Source: an uncultured Caulobacterales bacterium
GTDB taxonomy: Bacteria > Pseudomonadota > Alphaproteobacteria > Caulobacterales > Maricaulaceae
NCBI GenBank assembly: GCA_964351895.1
Contig: CAYGQB010000001.1
Location: forward strand, 1 to 56,996
Length of the DNA: 56,996 nucleotides
Reading direction: 5' to 3'
Shown one piece after another: positions 1 through 8,895 of the stretch (positions within the stretch are counted from its first letter, which is position 1; each line of letters starts with the position of its first letter). A program made the translations under genes and the position numbers. The notes under the pieces are model-generated. The model was not told the DNA's origin and ran no database searches. It saw nothing but the letters and a program-made list of their open reading frames with translations.

Positions 1-2
1 AT

Positions 3-479
3 GTCCAACGGGGCGGATACGGCCGCGGCCACGCCGGTCTGATGGTGGGAGCGGTGGTCAATCAACGTCCCGACCTATTTGCCGCGGCCGCGCCCGTATC
101 CGCCCCGTTGGACATGCTGCGCTACGGCGAGTTGGGCGGCGGGCGGTTTTGGCGCTCAACCTATGGCGGCTTGCGGTCACAAGCCGAGTTTGCCGCACTC
201 TACGACGCGTCGCCCTATCACACCGTGCGCAGCGGCGCTGACTATCCCGCCGTGTTGGCGTCCGCGTCCGACCGCGACACCAGCGTGGCGCCGGCGCACA
301 GCTTTAAGTACGCCGCCGCCCTGCAAGCTGCACGGTCCGGCGATGCGCCCACCCTCTTGCGGATTGATCCACGGGTTGGCCTGGCAGGCTTGGCGCCCAT
401 TGACGCGCGGATCTCTGAGGCCACAGACGTTCTGGCCTTCGCCGCCTATCACGTCGGGCTGGATCCCACTTCGCCCTAG
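3..479 (+). CDS. S9 prolyl-oligopeptidase-family protein, C-terminal part (5' end lies outside the window); catalytic Ser and His appear substituted
   Basis: The frame is open from nt 3. Motifs: YGRGHAGLMVGAVVNQRPDLF, DMLRY, DRDTSVAPAHSFKY, LRIDPRVGLAGLAP...DVLAF. These align with POP C-termini (GxSxGGLL...QRPDL, DDRVxPxHSxK, GHGxG). Confidence 0.7.
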   Translation, partial: VQRGGYGRGHAGLMVGAVVNQRPDLFAAAAPVSAPLDMLRYGELGGGRFWRSTYGGLRSQAEFAALYDASPYHTVRSGADYPAVLASASDRDTSVAPAHSFKYAAALQAARSGDAPTLLRIDPRVGLAGLAPIDARISEATDVLAFAAYHVGLDPTSP

Positions 480-527
480 AACGCGCAGGCGCAATCAAGC
501 CATTGGCGCGCGGCGGCAACTCAAGCT

Positions 528-1367
528 ATGGCCGATGGCTTGCGCTTGGAGGTTGCCGCCATGCCCTCGACTGATCGTCACACCCTGGTCCAGACCGTTC
601 GCCGCCGTGCAGCCCGATGGCGCAAGGTCGGCGCGAGGATGGCGGGGCCGGTCTGCGCTGCAGCGCTTGCGCCTGCCGCTGTGAGCGCTGAAGACGCGCG
701 CTGGACCTACACTGGCGCCAACGGGCCCGCCCACTGGGGCGCACTCGACGCCGAAGCACTGACCTGCGCCGTCGGCGAACAGCAGAGCCCGATCGATCTG
801 AGCGCAGCGGTACCCGCCTTGGTCACCCCGCCCCGGCGCGACTGGACCGCAGCGCCCGACGCCTCGATCGTCAACAATGGCCATACACTGCAGGTGTCGC
901 TGGATGGGGCGGGCGCGATCACACACGGGCCGCGCACCTACGCCCTCAAGCAAATACACTTTCACCACCCCTCTGAGCACACCGTCGATGGGCGGGCGTT
1001 TCCACTGGAAGCGCACTTCGTGCACGCCGCGCCCGACGGCGCCCTGGCGGTGGTTGGCGTGCTCTTTGAGGAAGGCGACGCCCATCCCGTGATCAATGAT
1101 CTGTGGGACATGGCCTCGCCCACGCCCGCCCCGGCAACGCCCCTTGGCGCATTTGATCCGCGTCCCCTTGCGCCGCGGTCTGACGCCGCGTTTCACTATG
1201 CCGGGTCTCTGACAACGCCGCCGTGCTCAGAGATCGTGACCTGGACGGTGCTGACCACGCCGCTCACCGTGTCAGCTGAGCAAATCGCCGCGTTCAAGGC
1301 CGTGTTTGACCTCAACGCCCGGCCTGTGCAGCCGCGCAATCGTCGCTTCGTCTTGGCCACGCAGTAG
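528..1367 (+). CDS. alpha-class carbonic anhydrase, secreted
   Basis: Motifs: WxYxG..GPxHW, QSPIDL, NNGHTLQV, HFHHPSEH and EAHFVH (zinc His ligands), GSLTTPPCSE, NxRPxQP. Start is ambiguous (ATG 528, 561 or 639). The signal-like AAALAPAAVSA follows the 639 start. Confidence 0.85.
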   Translation: MADGLRLEVAAMPSTDRHTLVQTVRRRAARWRKVGARMAGPVCAAALAPAAVSAEDARWTYTGANGPAHWGALDAEALTCAVGEQQSPIDLSAAVPALVTPPRRDWTAAPDASIVNNGHTLQVSLDGAGAITHGPRTYALKQIHFHHPSEHTVDGRAFPLEAHFVHAAPDGALAVVGVLFEEGDAHPVINDLWDMASPTPAPATPLGAFDPRPLAPRSDAAFHYAGSLTTPPCSEIVTWTVLTTPLTVSAEQIAAFKAVFDLNARPVQPRNRRFVLATQ

Positions 1368-1404
1368 ACTTGCCGCCGCGCCCATCGGTCGCCAGTGTAC
1401 GCGC

Positions 1405-2430
1405 ATGCGACCCGACGCGCTTTTGCACCCGACGCCCGCCGGGCTCTACTGTCCGCCAGGCGATTTTTACATCGACCCGGTGCGCGCGGTTGACCGCGCC
1501 GTCATCACCCACGGTCACGCCGATCATGCGCGCGCCGGCCACGCCAAGGTGCTGGCGACGCCTGAGACCCTCGCCATCATGGCGTCGCGCTATGGAGAGG
1601 ACTTCACCGCACAGCGCCAAGCCCTGGGCCTTGGAGACGCGGTCACCGTCAACGGGGTTTCAGTCTCTTTCGCGCCGGCGGGACACGTCCTTGGATCGGC
1701 TCAGGCCGTGATCGAGAAAGACGGGTTGGTGATTGCCGTCTCCGGCGACTTCAAGCGCCGCAGCGACCCAACGTGCGCCGGTTTTGAAGCGCCGCGCTGT
1801 CATGTGTATGTGACAGAAGCCACGTTTGGCTTGCCGGTGTTTCGCCACCCTGACGCGGCCCACGAGGTGGCCAAGCTTCTCGCCTCGGTGGCCCTGTTTC
1901 CAGATCGCTGTCACCTCGTCGGCGCCTATGCCCTGGGCAAGGCGCAGCGCCTGATCGCCCTGTTGCGGGCGGCCGGATACGACGCGCCGATCTACATCCA
2001 CGGCGCCCTGACCCAGCTGTGCGCCCTTTACGAAGATCACGGCGTGGACCTGGGGCCGCTCCTGCCGGCGACGGTGCGTGAAAAGGGCAAGGCCGGCGGC
2101 GCCAAGCGCGACTTTGCCGGGGCTATCGTGATCGGCCCGCCGTCAGCCTTCTCAACCCCCTGGGCGCAGCGCTTTCCCGATCCGGTCATTGCCTTCGCCA
2201 GCGGCTGGATGCGGGTGCGTCAGCGGGCCAAGCAGCGCGGCGTGGAACTGCCGCTGATCGTCTCCGATCACGCCGATTGGGACGAGTTGACCCAAACCGT
2301 GCGCGACGTCGCCCCACAAGAGCTATGGATCACCCATGGCCGCGAGGACGCCCTGATGCGTTGGGCCGAACTAGAGGGCGTGGCGGCGCGGCCTCTGGCG
2401 CTTGTCGGCTACAGCGACGAGCACGACTAA
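1405..2430 (+). CDS. ligase-associated DNA damage response exonuclease (metallo-beta-lactamase / beta-CASP fold)
   Basis: HGHADH motif near the N-terminus and overall MBL/beta-CASP layout ending ...SDHADW...HG. Start moved to ATG 1405 because the ORF-track start overlaps the carbonic anhydrase gene. Confidence 0.75.
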   Translation: MRPDALLHPTPAGLYCPPGDFYIDPVRAVDRAVITHGHADHARAGHAKVLATPETLAIMASRYGEDFTAQRQALGLGDAVTVNGVSVSFAPAGHVLGSAQAVIEKDGLVIAVSGDFKRRSDPTCAGFEAPRCHVYVTEATFGLPVFRHPDAAHEVAKLLASVALFPDRCHLVGAYALGKAQRLIALLRAAGYDAPIYIHGALTQLCALYEDHGVDLGPLLPATVREKGKAGGAKRDFAGAIVIGPPSAFSTPWAQRFPDPVIAFASGWMRVRQRAKQRGVELPLIVSDHADWDELTQTVRDVAPQELWITHGREDALMRWAELEGVAARPLALVGYSDEHD

Positions 2431-2453
2431 GTTGAAAACTGCCCGCGCGCGAC

Positions 2454-3746
2454 TTAGCGAACCAGGCGGGCGGAGATTTCCGTGCGCGGCGTCAGGGCGG
2501 CCATGGCGGTGCGCAGGCTTGCCAGATTGTCGATGGTGAAGGCGTGGTCAGCGCTTGTCGCGCAACGCTCCAGGTAGGGCTCAATGCGCGTGTTGCCCGG
2601 GCCGCCATCGACATACATCGTGTAAATCTCAATGCCGTCATTCTTCATGGCCGAGCACACCGACACCAGGTTCTCAAACCCCTGGGCCGTGCCGCGATTG
2701 TGGCCCCACGGCGCGCCGCCGTTGCCCACTTCGGTGGCGTAGGCGGTGGTGTAGCCGTCAGTGAAGAGGACGGCGACCTTGCGGCGCTGGTCGGACACCG
2801 CGCCCGGATAGCCCGCCACCCCCCAATCACCGCGCCAGGCCGAAGACAGAACCCGCCAGCCCCAGGCCATGCCGACATCAAAGCGGCCCGTGCCCGTGCG
2901 CTGAATGTTGCCCAGGGCGCGTTCAATGTCGCGCGGGTCAGAGGTCGGGCCCACGATTTCATTGCTCGGGCAGGCGACCGATCCCCCGTCGTCAGAAACA
3001 TTCGGGCTGATGTAACGGCCCGGCGCGGACGGGTCGAAGGGCTTGGCGCGGGCTGCGCGCGCCGTCAGCGCAAACGGATTGCCCGCGACGGTCTCTTCGC
3101 GTGGCTCAACGCAGCCGTTCCACCCAGCCGGCGCCGGGCCGTCAAGCCAGCTGGCGCGGTGGACGCCAATGTTCACGCGGTCTGAGTAGGGCACCAGCGT
3201 GACGTTAAACTTGCCCGCGCCAGACGCCGCTTCCAGCCCCTCAACGGCTGAGGAAATGGCGCTGCGCGCGTTCGACCAGGCGGTGCCAAAGCCCATGGAC
3301 GCAGTGACGTCGAGAACCAGGGCCACTTCGGTGTCGATCGCTTGGGCGGCTTGCGCCACGGCGCGCGCGCTCAATTCCATCTCTGAAACGCCAAGAAGCG
3401 CGGCCGCCCCCAGGCGCACGGTGCCGGTGGCCTCGTAAATGAAGCTGTCGCCGCGGCGGGTCAGGGCGCCGCTGGCATTGGTGAGGCGCTGGTCACCTTG
3501 CGCGGCGAACACCGTGTCAGCGACCGTGGTCAGGCGGGCGCGCGGGTCAGTAACGCTGGCGGACGCCGCCGCCAGGGCGGCTGCATCTGCGCGCGCCTGG
3601 AGGCGGGCGCGTTCTGTTTCAACGCTGGAAATCTCAAGCGCCGCTGTCGCCATAACCGCCACGGCCATCGACGAAATCACGAACATGGCGGCGGTCGAGC
3701 CGCGCGTGTCGGTGGAAAAGCGGGTCAAGAGGCAAGAGGCGGTCAT
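2454..3746 (-). CDS. TadG-like pilus-assembly-associated protein with vWA domain
   Basis: N-terminal TadE/TadG-type segment (RFSTDTRGSTAAMFVISSMAVAV), then DxTxS MIDAS-like motif (VLDVTASMG). Start uncertain (3746 or 3800). Confidence 0.65.
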   Translation of the reverse strand: MTASCLLTRFSTDTRGSTAAMFVISSMAVAVMATAALEISSVETERARLQARADAAALAAASASVTDPRARLTTVADTVFAAQGDQRLTNASGALTRRGDSFIYEATGTVRLGAAALLGVSEMELSARAVAQAAQAIDTEVALVLDVTASMGFGTAWSNARSAISSAVEGLEAASGAGKFNVTLVPYSDRVNIGVHRASWLDGPAPAGWNGCVEPREETVAGNPFALTARAARAKPFDPSAPGRYISPNVSDDGGSVACPSNEIVGPTSDPRDIERALGNIQRTGTGRFDVGMAWGWRVLSSAWRGDWGVAGYPGAVSDQRRKVAVLFTDGYTTAYATEVGNGGAPWGHNRGTAQGFENLVSVCSAMKNDGIEIYTMYVDGGPGNTRIEPYLERCATSADHAFTIDNLASLRTAMAALTPRTEISARLVR

Positions 3747-3837
3747 TGGTCTGTCCCATCGAGAAACGGTTCGCCTCAGACGCTGCAACCGACGGACCAA
3801 TTCGCCTGACGGGGGAAAGCAGCCCCGGCTGTATCAG

Positions 3838-3895
3838 GCTGGGCGCCGGCTTTCTCGGGCTGGGCGCCGGCTCTCTCGGGCTGGGCGCCGGCCGG
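3838..3895. repeat. 21-bp tandem repeat, about 2.7 copies (GGCTGGGCGCCGGCTYTCTCG), in a divergent intergenic region
   Basis: Direct reading: copies at 3838-3858 and 3859-3879 differ at one base. A third partial copy starts at 3880. Confidence 0.9.
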
Positions 3896-3918
3896 GTTCT
3901 GGGCGTAGAACCCCAGCG

Positions 3919-4674
3919 ATGGACGCCCTCCTGCCCCCCGACGTCGCGCCGCCGTTCGCTGGCCTTTTGATCGCGGTCAGCTTTCTGACCTCTGCGCTGA
4001 CGGCCGCGTTCGGCATTGGCGGCGGCTTAGCGCTGCTTGCGGTGATGGCCACCGGGCTTCCTGTCGCGACACTGATCCCAGTGCACGGCGTGGTTCAGTT
4101 TGGCTCCAACGCGGGACGCGCCCTGGTGCAGCGCCGACACATAGACTGGCGTCTCACCGCCATTTTCTGCGCTGGCGGGCTGGCGGGCGCCATCGTCGGC
4201 GCCAGAACTGTGACCGCATTGCCAGACGCGCCCATGAAGGTGGCGATCGGCGTGTTCGTCCTGTTCATGGTCTGGGGGCCGAAGCCGCGCAGCGTCGGCG
4301 CCAGCGACTGGGCCGTGGCGCTTGGTGGAGCGGTCGGCGGCGCCCTGACGATGTTTTTTGGCGCGACAGGGCCGTTCACCGCCGCCGTCCTCAACGCGCG
4401 CAACCTCACCCGCCATGTCCAGGTGGCCACCTTCTCTGTGTGCATGACGGTGCAGCACGTCGTGAAGGTCGCCGCCTTCGGCCTTCTGGGCTTTGCGTTT
4501 GGACCCTGGGCGTTGCTCATTGGGGCCATGATCGCGACCGGCTTTCTGGGCACGCTGGCCGGCTCTCACCTGCTCGCGCGCTTGCCAGAGGCCGCCTTCA
4601 AGCGCGGACTAAAGGCCTTGTTGACGCTCTTGGCGCTTCAGCTCATGTGGGTTGGCGTGCGGGGGTGGACTTAG
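3919..4674 (+). CDS. TauE/SafE-family (DUF81) anion exporter membrane protein
   Basis: About 250 aa and polytopic. N-terminal FGIGGG motif and repeated Gly-rich TM helices. Start set at ATG 3919; the upstream part of the ORF is antisense to the tadG-like gene. Confidence 0.75.
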   Translation: MDALLPPDVAPPFAGLLIAVSFLTSALTAAFGIGGGLALLAVMATGLPVATLIPVHGVVQFGSNAGRALVQRRHIDWRLTAIFCAGGLAGAIVGARTVTALPDAPMKVAIGVFVLFMVWGPKPRSVGASDWAVALGGAVGGALTMFFGATGPFTAAVLNARNLTRHVQVATFSVCMTVQHVVKVAAFGLLGFAFGPWALLIGAMIATGFLGTLAGSHLLARLPEAAFKRGLKALLTLLALQLMWVGVRGWT

Positions 4675-4741
4675 CCGCCCAGCACGCCAAAGTTGAAGCT
4701 GCCCGCATGCCTTCCTTGAAGGGGCGCACACCGGAGCCGCC

Positions 4742-5476
4742 ATGCCCTACAGCCGTCTGAACGCCGACAATATCCAGCGCACGCTCGACCGGCTGGTGTT
4801 GCGCATTCAGGAGCGCTTTCCCGAGCGCGGCCTGGTGCGTGTGGCGCAAGAGCTGTCCCAAGTGGCCGACGCGGCCGGCCACGCCGTCAAGCGCACCTCG
4901 CAACCCTACTGGACGGTGCGCCTGGGCGTGGCCGGACTGTTGGGGGTGGGGCTGGTTGTGATGGCCGTGATTGTGCGCCTGATCAAAATCCCCAGCATCC
5001 AGGAGCGCGACGTCTTTGATTTCTTTGACGGTATGGAAGCGGCTCTGAACACCCTGGTGCTTACCGGAGCGGGTGTCTTCTTTCTCACCACGCTGGAAGA
5101 GCGCATGAAGCGTCGCCGGGTCCTTGAGGATCTGCACGAGTTGCGTTCGCTGGTGCACGTCATCGACATGCATCAGCTCACCAAAGACCCGATCTCCATT
5201 CTCTCGCCGACCCGGCGCACCAAGTCATCGCCCGAGCGCGGCGACATGACGGCGTTCGAACTGAACCGCTATCTGGACTATTGCGCAGAGCTGTTGTCGC
5301 TGGCTGGGAAGGTCGCGGCGCTTTACGCGCAAAACATGCGCGATCCGGTGGTGATCGCGGCCGTCAATGAGATCGAGGGCCTTGCGACCAACTTGTCACG
5401 CAAGATCTGGCAGAAGATCACGCTGATCCCCTCCGACCCGCCCACTGCGCCGCCCGCTGCGCCGCCGGGCGCCTAG
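4742..5476 (+). CDS. hypothetical membrane protein (two central TM helices, helical cytoplasmic ends)
   Basis: Long ORF with coding-like GC3, hydrophobic segments LGVAGLLGVGLVVMAVIV and LVLTGAGVFFLTTL. No family recognised. Confidence 0.6.
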   Translation: MPYSRLNADNIQRTLDRLVLRIQERFPERGLVRVAQELSQVADAAGHAVKRTSQPYWTVRLGVAGLLGVGLVVMAVIVRLIKIPSIQERDVFDFFDGMEAALNTLVLTGAGVFFLTTLEERMKRRRVLEDLHELRSLVHVIDMHQLTKDPISILSPTRRTKSSPERGDMTAFELNRYLDYCAELLSLAGKVAALYAQNMRDPVVIAAVNEIEGLATNLSRKIWQKITLIPSDPPTAPPAAPPGA

Positions 5477-7125
5477 GGAGCTGCGGCGGGAAGCGTGAAG
5501 CTGACGCCCGCGCCCGGCCCAAGCGGCAGATCAAGCGCCACCCAGGCCCCGGTCATGATGACGCCAGACGCCAGCATCCAGATTGAATAGGGGATCATCG
5601 TCGCGGTGAGGCTGCCAAGCCCAAAATCTGGCACCCAGCGCCGCGCAAACACCAAGATCAACGGGAAGTAGACCATCAGCGGCGTGATGATGTTGGTGGC
5701 GCTGTCGCCGACCCGATAGGCCGCCGTCGTCGCTTCCGGGCTCACGCCCAAGATCATGAACATGGGCACCAGAACGGGCGCCAGTAGCGCCCACTTGGCG
5801 CTGGCCGACCCCACGAACAGGTTCACCAGGCCCGCCAACAGCACCAGAAGCACCAGCAGGACGGGCGTCGCCAGGCCCGAGTTTTTGATCGCTTCAGCCC
5901 CCGATGCGGCGAAGATCAGGCCCAGATTTGACCAGTTAAACATGGCCACGAAGTGGGCGGCCGCGAACGCAAGCACGAGATAGTAGGCCAGGTCGGCCAT
6001 CGATTCGCTCATCATGCGCACCACGTCGCGATGCGATTTGACGGTGCCGGCGGCCGCGCCATAGGCGATGCCGGCCACCAAAAACAAGATCAAGAACCCG
6101 GCGACGAGCGAACGAAAGAGCGGCGCCAGCTGCGACACCAGCTCGCCCGCCCCCTCGTCCATGAGCGGGGAGTCACCGCCAAACGCCAGCTCGCCAAGCA
6201 CTGGAATGCGCCCGCCCACGGTAAAGAGGGTCCACAAGAGCGCCACGCCGAGCAGCGCCCAGCCGGCGTGCGCCAAGCCCTTGCGCTGAGCCTCGGTCAG
6301 GGGGGCGCTGGGATCGTCATCGGGATCGTCCGACCCGGCCACGGCGCCGCCCGTCCACGGGCCAAGTCGTCGTTCGATGATCACATCGGTGACAAACCAG
6401 ATCACCGGCAGATAGATCAGCATGAGCCCCGCGATGAAGTACCAATTGCCGGCAAAGTTCACCGGCCAGTCTTCTTGCAGAACCTGAGCGCCGGCCTCGG
6501 TGATGCCGAATAAAAGCGTATCGAGTTGACCGGGCAGAAAGTTGGCTGAGAAGCCCCCCGAAACCCCTGCGAACGCAGCCGCAATCCCCGCGATCGGATG
6601 ACGGCCGACGGCGGCGTAAAGAACGCCGGCGAGCGGGATCAGCACCACATAGGCGGCGTCGGCGGCGTGATTGCCCGCCATGGCGATGAAGGCGACGGCC
6701 GGGGTCAACAGAGCGGCCGGCGCGTTGCGCACGCCCGCGCGCATGGCCGTGCCAAGCAGGCCTGCGCGTTCGGCGACGCCCGCCCCCAGCATCACCGTCA
6801 GAACGTATCCCAGCGGATGAAAGTGGGTGAAAGTGGTGGGCATCTCGACCACCAGGCGTTCGATGTTCTGCGGCGCCAGCAAGCTGACCGCTGAAATCAC
6901 GCCATCGTCGCCGACGCCAAATCGGGCCTTCTGGGCTTGCGACATGCCGGCCAACACTTCAGCCGACAAGGTCACGCCGTAGCGCAAGGCGGCCGCCACA
7001 ACTGAGAACACCACCAGGCCGACGATGAGATAAAGAAAGATCATCACTGGGTCAGGCAAGCGGTTGCCCACCCGTTCCACCATGCCCAGGAAGCCGCGCG
7101 ATTGCGCAGCGGCGGTGTCGGCCAT
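5473..7125 (-). CDS. AbgT-family (p-aminobenzoyl-glutamate / antimetabolite) transporter
   Basis: 550 aa polytopic protein. N-terminus FLGMVERVGNRLPDPVMIF is typical of AbgT/MtrF proteins. Confidence 0.8.
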   Translation of the reverse strand: MADTAAAQSRGFLGMVERVGNRLPDPVMIFLYLIVGLVVFSVVAAALRYGVTLSAEVLAGMSQAQKARFGVGDDGVISAVSLLAPQNIERLVVEMPTTFTHFHPLGYVLTVMLGAGVAERAGLLGTAMRAGVRNAPAALLTPAVAFIAMAGNHAADAAYVVLIPLAGVLYAAVGRHPIAGIAAAFAGVSGGFSANFLPGQLDTLLFGITEAGAQVLQEDWPVNFAGNWYFIAGLMLIYLPVIWFVTDVIIERRLGPWTGGAVAGSDDPDDDPSAPLTEAQRKGLAHAGWALLGVALLWTLFTVGGRIPVLGELAFGGDSPLMDEGAGELVSQLAPLFRSLVAGFLILFLVAGIAYGAAAGTVKSHRDVVRMMSESMADLAYYLVLAFAAAHFVAMFNWSNLGLIFAASGAEAIKNSGLATPVLLVLLVLLAGLVNLFVGSASAKWALLAPVLVPMFMILGVSPEATTAAYRVGDSATNIITPLMVYFPLILVFARRWVPDFGLGSLTATMIPYSIWMLASGVIMTGAWVALDLPLGPGAGVSFTLPAAAP

Positions 7126-7262
7126 GGCGTGTCCCCTTGCCCCGTGAACGGATCAGATCGCCAGTTAACCCGCGCCGCGCCGCCCGGTCCAGGGTGCACA
7201 GGCGCAGGCCCGAGGCGGCGCGCGCTTGCTGAGCCGGGCCGCTTGACGCTAGCTCTCACGCC

Positions 7263-8885
7263 ATGAACCGCTTTGCCGCCCTCCTCGACCGGCTTGTCTT
7301 CACGCCCCAGCGCAACGCAAAAATCGCGCTGCTGGTGGAGCACTTCGCCACCACGCCGGACCCTGATCGCGGCTGGGCGCTGGCGGCGATGACGGGCGGG
7401 CTCAACTTTCCCGCCGCGAGGGCGGCCATGGTGCGCGGTCTCATCGCGACGCGCATGGACCCGCAGCTATTTGCCCTGTCATATGATTTCGTCGGTGATC
7501 TGGCTGAAACCATCGCGCTGGCCTGGCCGACGCGCCCCGGCGCCAATCGCGCGCCCACGCTGGACGAGGTGGTTCAGACGCTCGCCGCCGCCAGCCGTGC
7601 TGAGGCGCCAGGCCATGTCGAACGCTGGCTTGACGCTCTAGACGAGAGCGGCCGGTGGGCGCTTTTGAAGGTCGTCACTGGGGGCTTGCGGATCGGCGTG
7701 TCGGCGCGCCTGGCGAAGGTGGCGGCGGCCAGCTACGGCGATCAAGACGTTGCGGTCATAGAGGAAATTTGGCACGGGCTCGATCCGCCCTACACGGCCC
7801 TGTTTGCCTGGCTTGATGGCGATGGCCCGCAACCCAGGCCCTCCCGGGCTGGTCCATTTCGCCCCGTCATGCTCGCCCACCCTCTCGTCGACAAGGCCCA
7901 GCGCGGCGACGCGGATGCGGTCGACCCGGCCCGCATCACGCCGGACATTTACGCCGCGGAATGGAAATGGGACGGGGTCAGGGTTCAAGCCGTGCGCGAG
8001 GGCGACGTGCGCCGTCTCTACAGCCGCACGGGCGACGACATCTCCGCCGCATTCCCAGACGTCACCGCAGCCCTTGCGTTTGACGGCGCGGTGGACGGCG
8101 AACTTCTGGTGCGCGCGCCCGGCGGTGACATCGCCTCGTTCAACGCCCTGCAGCAGCGCCTCAACCGCAAGACCGTCTCGACCAAGGCCATGCAGGAGCG
8201 CCCGGCCCTGGTGCGGGCCTATGACTTGCTGATCGATGGCGACGAAGACTTGCGCGATCTGGCCTTTCGAGAACGCCGCGCGCGCCTGGAAGCCCGGCTC
8301 GCCGCCGCACCAAGCCCGGCTCTTGATCTGTCGCCGCTGGTGGCGTTCGAGGACGCGCGCGCGCTCGACGCATTGCGGGTCGCTCCGCCGCACGCTGAGA
8401 TCGAAGGTGTGATGGTCAAGCGCTGGGATGCGGTCTATGTGGCCGGCCGCCCCAAAGGCTTGTGGTTTAAATGGAAACGCGACCCACGCCTGATTGACGC
8501 GGTGCTGCTCTACGCCCAGCGCGGCCACGGACGCCGGTCCAGCCTGTACTCAGATTTCACCTTCGGGGTGTGGAGGGACGGGCCGGACGGCGCGCCGCAG
8601 CTGGCGCCGGTGGGCAAGGCTTACTTCGGGTTCACTGACGCCGAGCTGAAACGCCTCGACGCGTTTGTTCGCGAGCACACTACTGATCGCTTTGGCCCGG
8701 TGCGCGCGGTTACGGCCACCCAGGAGACCGGGCTGGTGCTTGAGGTGGCGTTCGATGCGGTCAATGCCTCCACCCGCCACAAGGCCGGCCTGGCGTTGCG
8801 CTTTCCGCGCATCAACCGCATCCGCTGGGACAAGCCCCCGCACGAAGCCGACACGCTGGGGACCCTGGCCGAACTGGTCACCTAG
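7263..8885 (+). CDS. ATP-dependent DNA ligase (ligase-associated damage-response type)
   Basis: N-terminus MNRFAALLDRL...; adenylation motif I as EWKWDGVR (KxDG); OB-fold region and C-terminal LRFPRI motif. Confidence 0.85.
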   Translation: MNRFAALLDRLVFTPQRNAKIALLVEHFATTPDPDRGWALAAMTGGLNFPAARAAMVRGLIATRMDPQLFALSYDFVGDLAETIALAWPTRPGANRAPTLDEVVQTLAAASRAEAPGHVERWLDALDESGRWALLKVVTGGLRIGVSARLAKVAAASYGDQDVAVIEEIWHGLDPPYTALFAWLDGDGPQPRPSRAGPFRPVMLAHPLVDKAQRGDADAVDPARITPDIYAAEWKWDGVRVQAVREGDVRRLYSRTGDDISAAFPDVTAALAFDGAVDGELLVRAPGGDIASFNALQQRLNRKTVSTKAMQERPALVRAYDLLIDGDEDLRDLAFRERRARLEARLAAAPSPALDLSPLVAFEDARALDALRVAPPHAEIEGVMVKRWDAVYVAGRPKGLWFKWKRDPRLIDAVLLYAQRGHGRRSSLYSDFTFGVWRDGPDGAPQLAPVGKAYFGFTDAELKRLDAFVREHTTDRFGPVRAVTATQETGLVLEVAFDAVNASTRHKAGLALRFPRINRIRWDKPPHEADTLGTLAELVT

Positions 8886-8895
8886 GCGCGAAAAC

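Noticed and set aside
1-41. Frame-1 ATG TCC AAC GGG (MSNG...) at the window start looked like the GxSNGG nucleophile motif of prolyl oligopeptidases. That would suggest a frameshifted catalytic serine.
   Set aside because: That frame stops after 13 codons. The frame that is continuous with the rest of the protein aligns without gaps (GRGHAGLMVGA versus GRSNGGLLVGA), so no frameshift is needed. The SNG is coincidental.
495-1196. Many long ORFs antisense to, or out of frame with, the genes called above. Examples: 495-1196(-), 12240-13070(-), 13393-14256(-), 25774-26601(+), 36385-37353(-), 40865-41811(-), 43674-45200(+), 48906-50225(+), 52346-53386(+), 54526-55392(+).
   Set aside because: Their translations are Arg/Ala/Gly/Pro-rich low-complexity strings with no recognisable motifs. 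Each overlaps a gene with clear family signatures. Such shadow ORFs are expected in high-GC DNA because stop codons are rare.
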